64,000 nt of DNA, from positions 1 to 64,000 of the forward strand of contig JALUEE010000033.1 in assembly GCA_027053075.1 (NCBI GenBank), given 5' to 3'. This DNA comes from a candidate division WOR-3 bacterium (lineage in GTDB: Bacteria > Hydrothermota > Hydrothermia > B15-G9 > WFZT01). Positions within the stretch are counted from its first letter, which is position 1. Each line of letters opens with the position of its first letter. A program made the position numbers and the translations under genes. Below, in pieces: positions 1 through 10,491 of this stretch. The notes below the pieces were generated by a model, which was not told the origin of the DNA, ran no database searches, and saw only the letters and a program-made list of their open reading frames with translations.

Positions 1-23
1 GCCGCGCGAAGCGCGGCCCCCCC
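1..23. repeat. GC-rich palindrome (truncated by window edge), family A
   Basis: GCCGCGC-GAA-GCGCGGC followed by a C-run, 10 bp past the stop of the minus-strand gene. Confidence 0.6.
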
Positions 24-33
24 TAACTAAAAT

Positions 34-1245
34 TTAAAAATTCCTCTCTTTCTCCGTAAGCTCAAATATCCTCTTCATCAATTCTTTATATGCGTCTGTC
101 AGTTTTACATCTCTTCTCGCCATCACCCGCTCTGCCGTTTCAACTGCTTTCTCAAATTTATATGTAACGAATCCTGCACTGCCGCCCCAGGCGTAGGATG
201 GCACGAACTTGGGTGGGAAGTCGCCACCAAAGATGTTTGCCGAGAAGCCAACCACAGTGCCTGTATTGAACATGGTGTTGATTCCGCTCTTTGAGTGGTC
301 ACCCATCATGAGCCCCACAAACATCTCGCCGGTGTCAACCCATTCGCCATCGATGAAAACTCTGACGTGGGAATAGTTATTTTTGAGGTCACTGTTGTTT
401 GTATCTGCCCCGAGGTTGACCCACTGTCCGAGATAGGCGTGTCCAAGGAATCCGTCATGCTGTTTGTTTGAATAACTGTGAATTATGCTTTCCTCTACCT
501 CACCACCCACTTTGCAAACTGGCCCAATGGAAGTTCCTTCATAAATTTTTGCGCCTACCTTTATCTTTGTTTTGCGACCGATGTAGACAGGGCCAATCAG
601 GGTAGCATTTGGCATTATGGTGGCATCCTCTTCAATAATCACTGGACCGTCAGATGCGTCTATAACCACTCCGGGATAGACCTTAGCACCTTCTTCGATC
701 ACCACGTTCTCAGGATTCACAATGTGCGCGCCATCGAAGACCTTCCCTCTTATGCCTTTCTCGAAAAACCGGGCATCCTTGACGATCTCACCAGAATTCA
801 GATGGACGAGCTGGTAAATATATGTAAAGACCGTTGCGTCCTTGACCTCTATTTTTTTTAGGTCTTCGCAACCGATGAACTCCCCGGCCTCGTCAAAATA
901 CTTCGCAACCTCATCTGTTCTGCACGCGATGAATTCATCACCCATGTAGAGCGACTGCCCCTTTTCAAGTGCGCCTATGCGTTCAACTACCCCTCTGTCG
1001 GGTAGCAGCCGGGAATTCACGAGTGTTAGGTCACCAGAATAATCGTTTATCTTATAGCCCTCGAAATTTTCCTGAACCACGTTCTTGAGATAATTTCTCA
1101 CGAAAAGATTCGTGAGTTTTTCACCAAGGAGTTTTTCGTACTTCTCCCTTATGGTGAAAACCCCCACCCTGAGGTCCCAGACGGGACGGCTCAGGGCATG
1201 GGGGTAAAGTTTCCTCCATTTTTTATCCTCTATTAACGCTATCAT
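34..1245 (-). CDS. GlmU-family putative sugar nucleotidyltransferase with left-handed beta-helix domain
   Basis: N-terminal LYP..LSRPVWDLRVG motif, hexapeptide repeats, NKQHDGFLGHAYLG and NLGADTNNSDLKN; start moved to ATG 1245 (GGGAG upstream). Confidence 0.8.
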   Translation of the reverse strand: MIALIEDKKWRKLYPHALSRPVWDLRVGVFTIREKYEKLLGEKLTNLFVRNYLKNVVQENFEGYKINDYSGDLTLVNSRLLPDRGVVERIGALEKGQSLYMGDEFIACRTDEVAKYFDEAGEFIGCEDLKKIEVKDATVFTYIYQLVHLNSGEIVKDARFFEKGIRGKVFDGAHIVNPENVVIEEGAKVYPGVVIDASDGPVIIEEDATIMPNATLIGPVYIGRKTKIKVGAKIYEGTSIGPVCKVGGEVEESIIHSYSNKQHDGFLGHAYLGQWVNLGADTNNSDLKNNYSHVRVFIDGEWVDTGEMFVGLMMGDHSKSGINTMFNTGTVVGFSANIFGGDFPPKFVPSYAWGGSAGFVTYKFEKAVETAERVMARRDVKLTDAYKELMKRIFELTEKERNF

Positions 1246-1990
1246 CGTATTCGTACTCCCTTTCAAGTAAAGAAGCGGCCTCCTCGTCCAGTACGAGGAT
1301 TGCCTTGGGGTGTAGCTGCATTATAGATGCTGGAACCATAGCGGTGATTGGACCTTCAACGGTCTTCTTAACCGCTTCAGCCTTATTCTTGCCAGACGCG
1401 AGGAGCAGTAGGGTCCTTGCCTCCATAATTGTTCCCACACCCATTGTTATTGCCTGGCGTGGAACCTTGTTGATATCTCCATCAAAGAACCTTGCGTTAT
1501 CTTCGATAGTCTCCCTTGCGAGAGTCTTGATGCGTGTTCTTGAACCGAGGGATGAGCCAGGCTCGTTAAATCCAATGTGGCCATCCCTGCCAATTCCAAG
1601 GATCTGGAGGTCAATGCCTCCGAATTTTTTGATTCTCTCCTCGTACCACTGGCAGTACGCCTCCACATCAGGCACAGTACCATCAGGGATGTGAACATTT
1701 GATGGGTTCACATTTATGTGTTTGAAGAGATTTTCCCACATGAATGTATGGTAGCTTTCCGGGTGGTCCTTTGGGAGTCCGATGTACTCGTCCAGGTTGA
1801 ATGTCACAATCTTAGAGAAATCAATCCCCTCCTCCTTGTGCATGCGAATGAGCTCTTTATACAGGCCAATTGGTGTGGAGCCTGTTGCGAATCCGATGAC
1901 AGCATCAGGTTTCTTTTCGATGAGTTCCCTCACGAATTTTGCCGCCCTCCTTGACATTGCGTCGTAGTCTTTCGTGATGATCACTCTCAT
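1223..1990 (-). CDS. nagB: Glucosamine-6-phosphate deaminase
   Basis: GFATGSTP, FNLDEY, LGIGRDGHIGFNEPG and AITMGVGTI motifs. Confidence 0.95.
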   Translation of the reverse strand: MRVIITKDYDAMSRRAAKFVRELIEKKPDAVIGFATGSTPIGLYKELIRMHKEEGIDFSKIVTFNLDEYIGLPKDHPESYHTFMWENLFKHINVNPSNVHIPDGTVPDVEAYCQWYEERIKKFGGIDLQILGIGRDGHIGFNEPGSSLGSRTRIKTLARETIEDNARFFDGDINKVPRQAITMGVGTIMEARTLLLLASGKNKAEAVKKTVEGPITAMVPASIMQLHPKAILVLDEEAASLLEREYEYDDSVNRG

Positions 1991-2044
1991 GGTTCTACCT
2001 CCGGTTTTTTTATAATATTTTATCGAAAGTTTCGAATCATCAAA

Positions 2045-2083
2045 TGAGGGGGGGCGGCGCCCTGCGGGCGCCGCCCCCCCTCA
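2045..2083. repeat. GC-rich perfect palindrome (18-bp stem, TGC/GCA loop), family A; possible terminator or REP-like element
   Basis: TGAGGGGGGGCGGCGCCC-TGC-GGGCGCCGCCCCCCCTCA directly downstream of the C25 gene. Confidence 0.8.
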
Positions 2084-2103
2084 ACCTCCTTCTTTAAAAA
2101 CCC

Positions 2104-5100
2104 TTACCTCAAAATCATAACCTTTTTCACGCTGCTAAAACTGTCTCCAACCCTGAGCTGAATAAAGTAAATCCCTGAGCTGAGCTTCGCACCAGTATCA
2201 CTTTTACCATTCCACCTGAGAGAGTGGAGCCCGGCCTCAAAAACACCGTCAGCAATGTGGGTAATCACGCGACCTGAAACATCATATACCCTGAGGGATA
2301 CCTGAGCCCTTTGAGGTAGCGCAAATCTAATCTCTGCTTTGTCTCTCAGGAGATTCGGGTATATTCCACTGAACACAGGTCTTCTAATGCTGATAGGGGG
2401 CTCTTCGTTGATTTTTAGAGGAGTGGCGGTTGTAAACTTTATGGCAAAAGAATCGGATAAAGAGGCGGCTGCCCGGTTGTAATCACCGTTGTAAAGATAC
2501 TGCAGTGCATCAGACTCTGTCGGATTTTCTATGCCAATTGTGCAGGAGTTTGAATTTGAAACTCTGAGATACTGGAACAGTATTGGTGAGTCTCCCGTTG
2601 GAGTAGGGTAGTAGTTGGCATCGTAGAAAATAACCTCAAATTTCTCTCTTGAGGTATTGCTGCCGTAATGGGCAACCGAATCGTATTCCACAATAAATCT
2701 ATGATTCTGGGCGTCATAATAGTGGTATACATAACCGTTGCCACTGCTATTGTGTCGGGGATTCAGGTCATCCCAGAAAGGTGCTATCATCACGGCCCCG
2801 TCGTTGTGAGGCAGAGAGCGGTTTGAGTAATAAGAATGTGAAGAATTTCCTGCTGCTATAAATCCATTGGAGCAGACTGTTAATCTATTGTAGATGCGTC
2901 CATAGTACCTAAAGTTAAATCCTGCTGGTAGGTTGACCGTACTTGTTGCATCGTCCCCGAGACTCAGCCTTGTTCCGGTGGAATTTATTTCAATCCATTC
3001 AAATTGGGGCGCTTCCTGGTAGAATCTATCCGTGATGTCGTAGGCATAATAGCCGTAATTATCAGGTCCCATGGGGTCTTCTGAGGTGATCTGTCCGATA
3101 ATAACCTCGAATTGCATTGTATCAGAGTAACCGTCCTCAGTGGTCACAACCACATTTATTGTGGCATGGTGCTCTTTGGGCGTGCCAGGATCTGCGCTTA
3201 TCATTACACTGTCGAGTGAGAGAGCAGAGGAGTCGGGATAAATGTTTTCAAATCTTAAAGTTTCACTGGAAACGGTGAGAAAGGTGTCACTGGTAGAAAG
3301 GATGGCAAATGGTGAATAGGCAATGCCATGTCCTGAATTCAAAATGCTCAGCCTTAGATAAGCGTTTTCTCCTGGGTCAAGTCTGTGGTTGAAATGTGTG
3401 GCGCCTGAATCGTTGATGGTATAGCTATCGAGTTCCATTGAGGGTGTTCCCACTATAAAGGAGCGAAATGAATTCCATGTGTCACCTGAAGCGGAAACAG
3501 CTTCGATCCTCAGCGTGAAATCGCTGCCATCATCTATGCCATTAGCAACTGCTACGGGGATTGTATCTCCCGTGATTGTGTCGCCCGGAGCAACATTTCC
3601 GATGGTGTGAGATGTTGTATCAAGTACTTCAGCAATTGAGTCTCCATAGACGTGGAAAGTAACCCCGACAGCGGTGTCAATTCCCCAGTTTTTGAAGTTA
3701 AACCCTATTTCAACTGTTTCTCCAGGGTTTATAATGCCGTCACCGTTCCCATTGCTTAATCCCGTTGTGTCATCGTCAACAGATGTGTTGTATACAGTAA
3801 CGTATGGGCCATTTGAGATGGGCTGGATACCTGAGATGAATGGTGTCAAATTGTAGCCCGAAACGGCTATAATTACAGTGTCTGGAGTGGTTACTTCGAC
3901 ATCCAGAATAGCCTGGCCTGCAGAATTGGTTACGCCGTGGACATATAGGCTCGTATCCTGCACGAGAACTACATTTGCACCCTCAACAGGTGTGCCGTTG
4001 GCCGTTACGGTCACAGTTATCTGGCTTGAACCTATGGGAATTGAGGGAGGAAAGTCCACGGTTAATTCCTGAGGCATGGCTGTTCTAATTGTTGTTGCAG
4101 GGTCTCCCACGTAATTAAATTCTTCAAACTCAGTCCTTGTCTCCTGGGAATCAGGTCGCCAGGGATAACCAGCACCATTGGTTCTCACGTATCTGTCGTA
4201 CATGTAGTATTTGCCGTTATTGAGGATGCCGCCTGGCCACGGAATTCTCATTCCGTATGGATTTACTGAAGATGAGTCTGGATATCCGGGATGAAAATCA
4301 GGAAAGAGAGCATCCCAGAAGCCTTTATCAAGCTCATCGTTATATCCTGAGTAGCTGATTCTTGTGGCCCCAATGTATCCAATGGCCCCTTTGTTGGGCA
4401 GTCTTATTAATTCTTCTCCTACGCTTTCATAATTTCTTGCGGGGTATTCATCGGTCTCTCCGTCAAACCATCCTGATTCACAGTTTGGTGAGAAAAATAC
4501 AGGGGTTATGTTGGCGTTTGTCAGCTGAGAGAGGTTGTTTACCGAAAATCTGGGATGTCCCCAGCCTTCGAGACTTCCGCCGCCGTTTCTTGATGCCCCG
4601 TGGTCCCTGTGATTTACGATTGCTACACCACTGTTGATTGCTTCGATAACACCATCAGTGCTTCCCGGGGGATTCCCATCTTCGTACTGACGAATTACAT
4701 GATATCCATGCTGGTTCAGGTAAACATAGGCAGACTCTGAAGTAGCGACAAAGTAACGACCACTCTCATTGTAGGCAGCGAGGAGTATATTGTTAAACCA
4801 GTTAACGTTTGTGTATGGATTTTTTTCATATTTCAGGAGTTTTCTAACGTAGTTGCCGAGCTGAACAGAGTTGTCCACAGAGATTCTACCGACAAAGATG
4901 TCAGGAAATGGTATGTATGATCCTGAGTCCATCTCGGCATAGTAGATGTCGGTCCCTATGTATTCACTGGTGTATGGGTGATGAAATCTGTAATCTGGAG
5001 GTATAAGCTCGGCATCTCCAACGATGCCAACAAAAGATGGTGCAGGATTCCAGTTATTATAAGCCTGAAGAATGTAGTTCCTGATGCTCTGGGCAGAAAC

Positions 5101-5928
5101 ATTTCCAAGCTCCGAAAGTAAGACGACTCTGGTCTTTATGCCAGAAAGGTTTCTCCACTCCACAAGCGGTCTCAGGCTGTCGTAAAGGCTATCGGGAACA
5201 AAATAAATCATGTCGGCACCGTTTGTTTTCGGTTCATTTAAAGGAGGCGAAATTAGATTGCTGTTTGCGAGCATATTTTTAAAGAGGCTGTAGAAATAAG
5301 GGCTCATTAATCTTGGGTCGTAAATTCTTCCACCGCCAATAAACTCCACGTGAACGCTAAGGTTTCTATAGATCCTCAGAACTTTGCGGTAAGGGTTGTA
5401 CTGGATGGGAGCTATGATGATCGAGGTTACATTTACGCCTCTAATTTTGTAGGTTGGTGTGTGGGAAGCCAATCTTACGGGATACCACGTATCGCTTGAA
5501 TAGAATTCGTTATTTATCTGGAAATCAACCTGCTCATTACCCTGCGGTGTCTCAGGAAGCGGTGATTGTGCAGGGAAAAGCTCGATATCGGGAATGTCTG
5601 TGAAATCTTTTGCGTCGTAGGAGACTCTAATGCCGGCCCCTTCCGGAACCGCAACTTTAACAGGAAACGTTGGAAGCTCGGGTAACCCTACGTTTGCTGT
5701 GTGTCCGCCACCCGGTATAGCGATCCGGGTGTAGGTTGCCCCTTCAATGGATACATCCTGTAAGACGAGCTTTCCCGTAGTGACATTAAGATCGAGTCCT
5801 GAGATAGATGAGTTCAGAACCTGGACTCTGTTCTGGCCAAGATTCAGGGTTCTTGTATTCCCAAACTGCATGTTGGTGGCAAAACCCCACCCAAGAAGGA
5901 TGAGAGAAGCCATTAGCTTTTTAAGCAT
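2104..5928 (-). CDS. Gingipain-like C25 cysteine peptidase with propeptide, Ig-like domains and T9SS/FlgD-like C-terminal domain
   Basis: Signal peptide; propeptide motif GLPELP; IVGD, DIFVGRI, catalytic NHRDHG and SPNCESGWFD, FNYVGDP; C-terminal VYDVSGR...SGIYFIQL...KKVMILR. Confidence 0.85.
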   Translation of the reverse strand: MLKKLMASLILLGWGFATNMQFGNTRTLNLGQNRVQVLNSSISGLDLNVTTGKLVLQDVSIEGATYTRIAIPGGGHTANVGLPELPTFPVKVAVPEGAGIRVSYDAKDFTDIPDIELFPAQSPLPETPQGNEQVDFQINNEFYSSDTWYPVRLASHTPTYKIRGVNVTSIIIAPIQYNPYRKVLRIYRNLSVHVEFIGGGRIYDPRLMSPYFYSLFKNMLANSNLISPPLNEPKTNGADMIYFVPDSLYDSLRPLVEWRNLSGIKTRVVLLSELGNVSAQSIRNYILQAYNNWNPAPSFVGIVGDAELIPPDYRFHHPYTSEYIGTDIYYAEMDSGSYIPFPDIFVGRISVDNSVQLGNYVRKLLKYEKNPYTNVNWFNNILLAAYNESGRYFVATSESAYVYLNQHGYHVIRQYEDGNPPGSTDGVIEAINSGVAIVNHRDHGASRNGGGSLEGWGHPRFSVNNLSQLTNANITPVFFSPNCESGWFDGETDEYPARNYESVGEELIRLPNKGAIGYIGATRISYSGYNDELDKGFWDALFPDFHPGYPDSSSVNPYGMRIPWPGGILNNGKYYMYDRYVRTNGAGYPWRPDSQETRTEFEEFNYVGDPATTIRTAMPQELTVDFPPSIPIGSSQITVTVTANGTPVEGANVVLVQDTSLYVHGVTNSAGQAILDVEVTTPDTVIIAVSGYNLTPFISGIQPISNGPYVTVYNTSVDDDTTGLSNGNGDGIINPGETVEIGFNFKNWGIDTAVGVTFHVYGDSIAEVLDTTSHTIGNVAPGDTITGDTIPVAVANGIDDGSDFTLRIEAVSASGDTWNSFRSFIVGTPSMELDSYTINDSGATHFNHRLDPGENAYLRLSILNSGHGIAYSPFAILSTSDTFLTVSSETLRFENIYPDSSALSLDSVMISADPGTPKEHHATINVVVTTEDGYSDTMQFEVIIGQITSEDPMGPDNYGYYAYDITDRFYQEAPQFEWIEINSTGTRLSLGDDATSTVNLPAGFNFRYYGRIYNRLTVCSNGFIAAGNSSHSYYSNRSLPHNDGAVMIAPFWDDLNPRHNSSGNGYVYHYYDAQNHRFIVEYDSVAHYGSNTSREKFEVIFYDANYYPTPTGDSPILFQYLRVSNSNSCTIGIENPTESDALQYLYNGDYNRAAASLSDSFAIKFTTATPLKINEEPPISIRRPVFSGIYPNLLRDKAEIRFALPQRAQVSLRVYDVSGRVITHIADGVFEAGLHSLRWNGKSDTGAKLSSGIYFIQLRVGDSFSSVKKVMILR

Positions 5929-5930
5929 AC

Positions 5931-8180
5931 TTACCTCCCTGTTACTATGAATCTCGTTTTGTAGAGCTTACCCCCCGCCTCGACAATCACAAAATACAGG
6001 CCTGGAGAATAGGAACTCCCCAACGGAATTTCATGTTTCCCACTGGTTAATTTCCCGAAATCTCTACTTTTAACCAATCTACCACTTACATCAAAAATAG
6101 ACATGGATACGTTCATTGGACCTGGTAAAGAGAGTTCAAGCTCGCCTCTTGAAACATTGGTGAGAACGTTACCGCGGAGTGAGAAGTTCAGGTTTTTAAC
6201 AACCGGCTTTTCGCTTACTGCAACTGTGTGATAGCCAAAGAGTGTTATGTCATCTACGTAAAATCCATCATATGTTACCGAGCCGTCGCTTGTAAAGTGG
6301 AATCTAATGTAAACTGTGTCCCCAATGAAATCGCTCAAATCGGCTGTATCAGCTATCCAGGAATTCTGGTCACCTGTATAGGTTTTGAGGGTTTGCCAGT
6401 TTACATGATCAGTTGAGACCTCAAGATAGGCAAAATCCCACCCATTCTCAATTTCATACCTTGTGTAGTAAGCAATTCCTGCAAGGCGAAGGTTATCAAG
6501 TACTATAGGATGGGCATACTCTGCATAGGAATTTACGTGATTTCTGTAGTTTCCATTGGGAGAATCGGTAAGGCTATGAGATGGAGAATGGTAATGTGAG
6601 GACGTGAGACCCCAGGCGCCACTTAGATTCCAATCAGTCAGACCCTGCTCGAAATCTTCATTCATATATTCTTCGGGTGTTCCTACATGGATGATTGTCT
6701 GGTAAGGCTGTTCAAAGCCGTTGTCGGCTGTTATAGTGAACGAAACTTCGAGGGCCGTTCCATTTCTAACCTGATTGGAAAGAGCTATTCTAATAGGGGA
6801 TGGTGAGGATACACCCGGAGATGGGAATGCAGGAATTGATCCCACACTTACAGATGGTGTCAGGACTGTCCCGGCCATTGTGTCTATTTCCGCGGAAATA
6901 GCAACATTGTTGCCGGTTTCATAGGGTGAAAGGTCGGTGAGTGATAAGTAAACTGAAACCGTGTCCATGGGATTGATGGTTGCCTGACCATTTTGATTTC
7001 TTACAGAGTCAACTTTAACTTCAAAGAAAAGACCAGCGGCTTCGAGGACAAACATGTTTAGAGGTATATTTTCGCGGATCTGCCCCAGAATGATATTCGT
7101 ATCTGGTTGCCAGAATGCCTCTCCGACCTCCACAACAAAAGACAGTGCGCGAGGCTTCTGAACAGTGTCGCCGTAAAACCAATCGTTGGCCTCACCGTTT
7201 ACCGGGTAGAGCAATTCAGCGGGTCTTCCGTATTCATAGCCATTTACCCTGGTCATACGCTGTGCCATGGCGACAAAGGTGCTCTGGTCCGGGGTTGGCT
7301 GATTTACATAACCCCAGGGGTAAATGACAAGATTTGAATAGGTGTGATAATTGATGACGATTCTTGGCCTGGTGGAGTCTGCAAATATTCTCATGTAGTC
7401 AGTTTCTGGCTCTGAGAACGGCCCTGTACCTCTATATGTTTGAGAAGAGGGTGTGGGCGAGGAGCCATAATTATCGTATCCCCACATATATCCAAAGTTT
7501 CTATTCAAGTCAACGCCATCATAATCGGGGTCGAAACGCCCGTTGTTGTTATTGTCTCTCTTATTCTTTCTCCAGTACCCATCTGAAACCTCGTTGTACG
7601 TATAACCGTCTGGATTAACCACAGGTTCAATATAAAGTTCCCTGTTGTTAATAAGCCAGGTAACAAGGGGGTCTGTTCCATAGTTTCTCACAAGATAATG
7701 TATAAATCCGAAAACAGTGGAGACTCCACCGGGTTCTCTTGCATGAATGGCGGCGTTTAAAAATACAGCCGGTTCGTCTTCGTCAACTTCTGGATTGTCG
7801 GAGATCCTTATTGCCCAGAGCTCACGGCCTTCGATGGACTGACCAATTGAGAATTTCTCAGAGATTATATTGGGATAATGAGCGTGAAGGCTGTCGAGCT
7901 CTGCCACCGCTTCCGAATAGGTATAGTAAGGTCCAAAGTTTATCTTGGGTACGTGATTTTCGAGGTCGGCATCGAGTATTTCGAAGGAGAATTCATTCAA
8001 AACATCGAGATTTTTAACAATCACGTCAACTGCATTCTTTGTGGGAAGAGATGCGGCTACATCCACTCCCTGAGATACGAGTTTCTCAACATCAGAGTAC
8101 CCGTTTACATGTACTCTTACCAGGTATTCCGCATTTAGCGATGCGGCAAGCATCATTGCGACGAATACAAACTTCCTCAT
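5931..8180 (-). CDS. M14 zinc carboxypeptidase (carboxypeptidase T-like) with C-terminal sorting-like domain
   Basis: IHARE, WRKN, DLNRNF, YHTY and VVEVG motifs; signal peptide; IFDVSGRLV...PGLYFV tail. Confidence 0.88.
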   Translation of the reverse strand: MRKFVFVAMMLAASLNAEYLVRVHVNGYSDVEKLVSQGVDVAASLPTKNAVDVIVKNLDVLNEFSFEILDADLENHVPKINFGPYYTYSEAVAELDSLHAHYPNIISEKFSIGQSIEGRELWAIRISDNPEVDEDEPAVFLNAAIHAREPGGVSTVFGFIHYLVRNYGTDPLVTWLINNRELYIEPVVNPDGYTYNEVSDGYWRKNKRDNNNNGRFDPDYDGVDLNRNFGYMWGYDNYGSSPTPSSQTYRGTGPFSEPETDYMRIFADSTRPRIVINYHTYSNLVIYPWGYVNQPTPDQSTFVAMAQRMTRVNGYEYGRPAELLYPVNGEANDWFYGDTVQKPRALSFVVEVGEAFWQPDTNIILGQIRENIPLNMFVLEAAGLFFEVKVDSVRNQNGQATINPMDTVSVYLSLTDLSPYETGNNVAISAEIDTMAGTVLTPSVSVGSIPAFPSPGVSSPSPIRIALSNQVRNGTALEVSFTITADNGFEQPYQTIIHVGTPEEYMNEDFEQGLTDWNLSGAWGLTSSHYHSPSHSLTDSPNGNYRNHVNSYAEYAHPIVLDNLRLAGIAYYTRYEIENGWDFAYLEVSTDHVNWQTLKTYTGDQNSWIADTADLSDFIGDTVYIRFHFTSDGSVTYDGFYVDDITLFGYHTVAVSEKPVVKNLNFSLRGNVLTNVSRGELELSLPGPMNVSMSIFDVSGRLVKSRDFGKLTSGKHEIPLGSSYSPGLYFVIVEAGGKLYKTRFIVTGR

Positions 8181-8266
8181 ACTGCACTCCTTTCAAATAT
8201 GATTTGAATCCTATTTTACGGGAAACGGCGGGTAATTTTAATTAAGTCGTTAAGATGCTGATAGTA

Positions 8267-9037
8267 TCAATAGTGCCCGAGAACCCCCTTCTTTCTCGCC
8301 TGATACTCAAATCTTGAGAATATCCACATGCCGAGAAGGAAGTAGAATAGGAAGTTTGCGTAAAGGATTATGAGATCAAGGAGAGACATGTGAAAAATTG
8401 ATATCCCCTTTGTCATATTCTCGTGAACCAAAAATGTCCCAAGAGATAGAGGTAAAAGTTTGGCAAGCGGGTATTTGTCTACCGGTATCATCAGCAAAAA
8501 TATAAAAAGGAACTGGAGAATCTGGTAAAAGCTGCGAATACGCTTGTACACGAGTGAGATGCCTCCGACAATGAATCCAATTCCATAAACGGCACCTATT
8601 GTTGGAATAAAAAGCAGCAGGAGGCTTAGCAAATCAATATGTAGCCACCTGCCTGTGGTCAACATCATGAGGATGAGTACGGGGATCTCCATCAACGACG
8701 AAATGATGAAATCGGAAATCACTATAAAGACAGATATCCAGTTGAAGCCAATGGGAGACATGTAGAGTTGTTCGAGGGTCCCGGTATTGGCCTCTTCTGT
8801 TACTCCCCACGATAATCTTGCATATGCAGCCATTGAGTAGGTCCAGAGAAAGAACCCCACGATAAGACTTTCTACACTCTGTCCGTAGTTGGGGTTGTTT
8901 CTTCCGAGGTATCTAAAACCCAGGAAGATAGCGAGGAAGATAATGTAAATGGAAATCAATCCCGAGATGAAGTTCACGGGATATCTTTTGGTGACGATCC
9001 ATTCTTTCTTCAGTACGGTGAGAAACACCTGTTTCAT
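8267..9037 (-). CDS. ABC-2 type exporter permease
   Basis: About 6 TM helices, EANTGTLEQLYMSP motif; overlaps the ATPase gene by 4 bp. Confidence 0.85.
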   Translation of the reverse strand: MKQVFLTVLKKEWIVTKRYPVNFISGLISIYIIFLAIFLGFRYLGRNNPNYGQSVESLIVGFFLWTYSMAAYARLSWGVTEEANTGTLEQLYMSPIGFNWISVFIVISDFIISSLMEIPVLILMMLTTGRWLHIDLLSLLLLFIPTIGAVYGIGFIVGGISLVYKRIRSFYQILQFLFIFLLMIPVDKYPLAKLLPLSLGTFLVHENMTKGISIFHMSLLDLIILYANFLFYFLLGMWIFSRFEYQARKKGVLGHY

Positions 9038-9972
9038 TTTTCCCCACTCCCTTTTACGAGCTCGATGTACACCCTCTCGAAGTCTGGCTCCACGGATTTG
9101 ATGGATTTTATCCTGACATTATACATCTTCAGAAGTTCCATTAGGTCGTATATTCTTGAATCATCTTTCAGCTCAACATTAAAGCGCATGTTTCCAAAAT
9201 GAACGTTGAGGAAATTCTCTTCCAGCTTTTTCTTGAGTTCATCCGGGATTTCACCTTCGTAAGAAACTTCATAGGCGCTGGTTTTAAACAGTGCTTTAAG
9301 CTTTTCGATCTTTCCATTGGCTATGATCTTCCCGTTTTTGAGGATTATCACCCTCTCACACACCTCTTCGACAACCTTCATGTCATGACTGGAAAGCAGC
9401 ATGGTCCTGCCATCATTGGCGGTAAGCTCTTTAAGGGTTTTCCTGAGCTCGATTGAGGATTGGACATCCATTCCGAGTGTGGGTTCGTCGAGAAACAGAA
9501 TTGGAGTTCTCCTGATGAAGGCGGAGGCAACGGCAACCTTTTGTTTCATCCCCCGAGAAAGCGTTCGCACCTGACTATCTATCCGGGAGAGAAGACCAAA
9601 TTTATCAAGAAGATACTCAATCTGATCTTTAACTTCTCGTGGGGATAAACCCTGCAATCCGGCAAAGAACTCGAGATTCTCTTTTACTGTGAGTCGCCAG
9701 TAAATGTTACGACTCCCCTCAAGAACTGCGGCGATGAGCTTGTATATCCATCTGTCGAAGACACCAACCTTTCTACCGTTGATATATATTTTCCCATCAT
9801 CAGGTATAAGCAATCCGAGTATGCTCTTTATTGTTGTGGTTTTACCTGCTCCATTGGGACCAAGGATACCAACGATTTCACCTTCTTTCACATCAAAGGA
9901 AATACCATTTACTGCGTGTATCTCCCTTTTACGAGTTCGATATACTTTGGTGAGATTCTCTACACGTAACAT
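9034..9972 (-). CDS. ABC transporter ATP-binding protein
   Basis: Walker A GPNGAGKTT, signature LSRGMKQK, Walker B LFLDEPT, H-loop SSHDM. Confidence 0.93.
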   Translation of the reverse strand: MLRVENLTKVYRTRKREIHAVNGISFDVKEGEIVGILGPNGAGKTTTIKSILGLLIPDDGKIYINGRKVGVFDRWIYKLIAAVLEGSRNIYWRLTVKENLEFFAGLQGLSPREVKDQIEYLLDKFGLLSRIDSQVRTLSRGMKQKVAVASAFIRRTPILFLDEPTLGMDVQSSIELRKTLKELTANDGRTMLLSSHDMKVVEEVCERVIILKNGKIIANGKIEKLKALFKTSAYEVSYEGEIPDELKKKLEENFLNVHFGNMRFNVELKDDSRIYDLMELLKMYNVRIKSIKSVEPDFERVYIELVKGSGEK

Positions 9973-10325
9973 GTCAACTCCCCAGGGCTAAATTTTTTGA
10001 ATTGTCTGTAGGATGTGTTCTTAAATTCAAATGGCTCTCGGATTCCTTCTAAAACAAATAAAGATTTGAAATTTATCATTATCCCAATAAAAACAGCCAT
10101 CCTGCAGGCAATCCAATTGTAGTGAAGTTTAAGTTTATTGTCTTGGCATTATCTTTTCAACCATTTGTATTTTGAAAGTGAGAAATAATTATTTGACTGG
10201 GATGATGTAGCCTTCTTGCTCTTAAAAGCTGAAAGAAAGGCCTAAAATCTTTCCTGCTCGTCTGAGATTGTTTTTCCATACTCCAATCGACATATTCACA
10301 ATTAGAAAACTTTGTAATACTTCTC

Positions 10326-10447
10326 TAAACATATTCGAAAATGTTCCCCCCACCCATCCTCCCCCACGCACGAAGTGCGTGGGGGAGGATGGGTGGGGGA
10401 ATTCCTCGTAAAATTCCAGGTAAATTGAAATTTTTCTAATATGCTTA
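10326..10447. mobile_element. MITE-like element, subfamily B copy 1
   Basis: Terminal inverted repeats TAAACATATTCGAAAA / TTTTCTAATATGCTTA (14/16); internal perfect 25-bp stem 10347-10399 with GAA loop; second copy at 54009-54125. Confidence 0.7.
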
Positions 10448-10491
10448 ACTACCTCTGGATAACACCTCATCTAAATTTTATCATTGTAAAA

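Noticed and set aside
9973..10325. Peptide precursor gene upstream of the ABC-2 exporter
   Set aside because: AT-rich stretch in which I found no convincing small ORF with an RBS or leader motif.
10222..10470. 82-aa minus-strand ORF, and similar ORFs at 17954-18283 and 57133-57375
   Set aside because: They run through the palindromic repeats (PHPSSPTHFVRGGG / PLPEPSP translations), lack RBSs and are artefacts of the elements.
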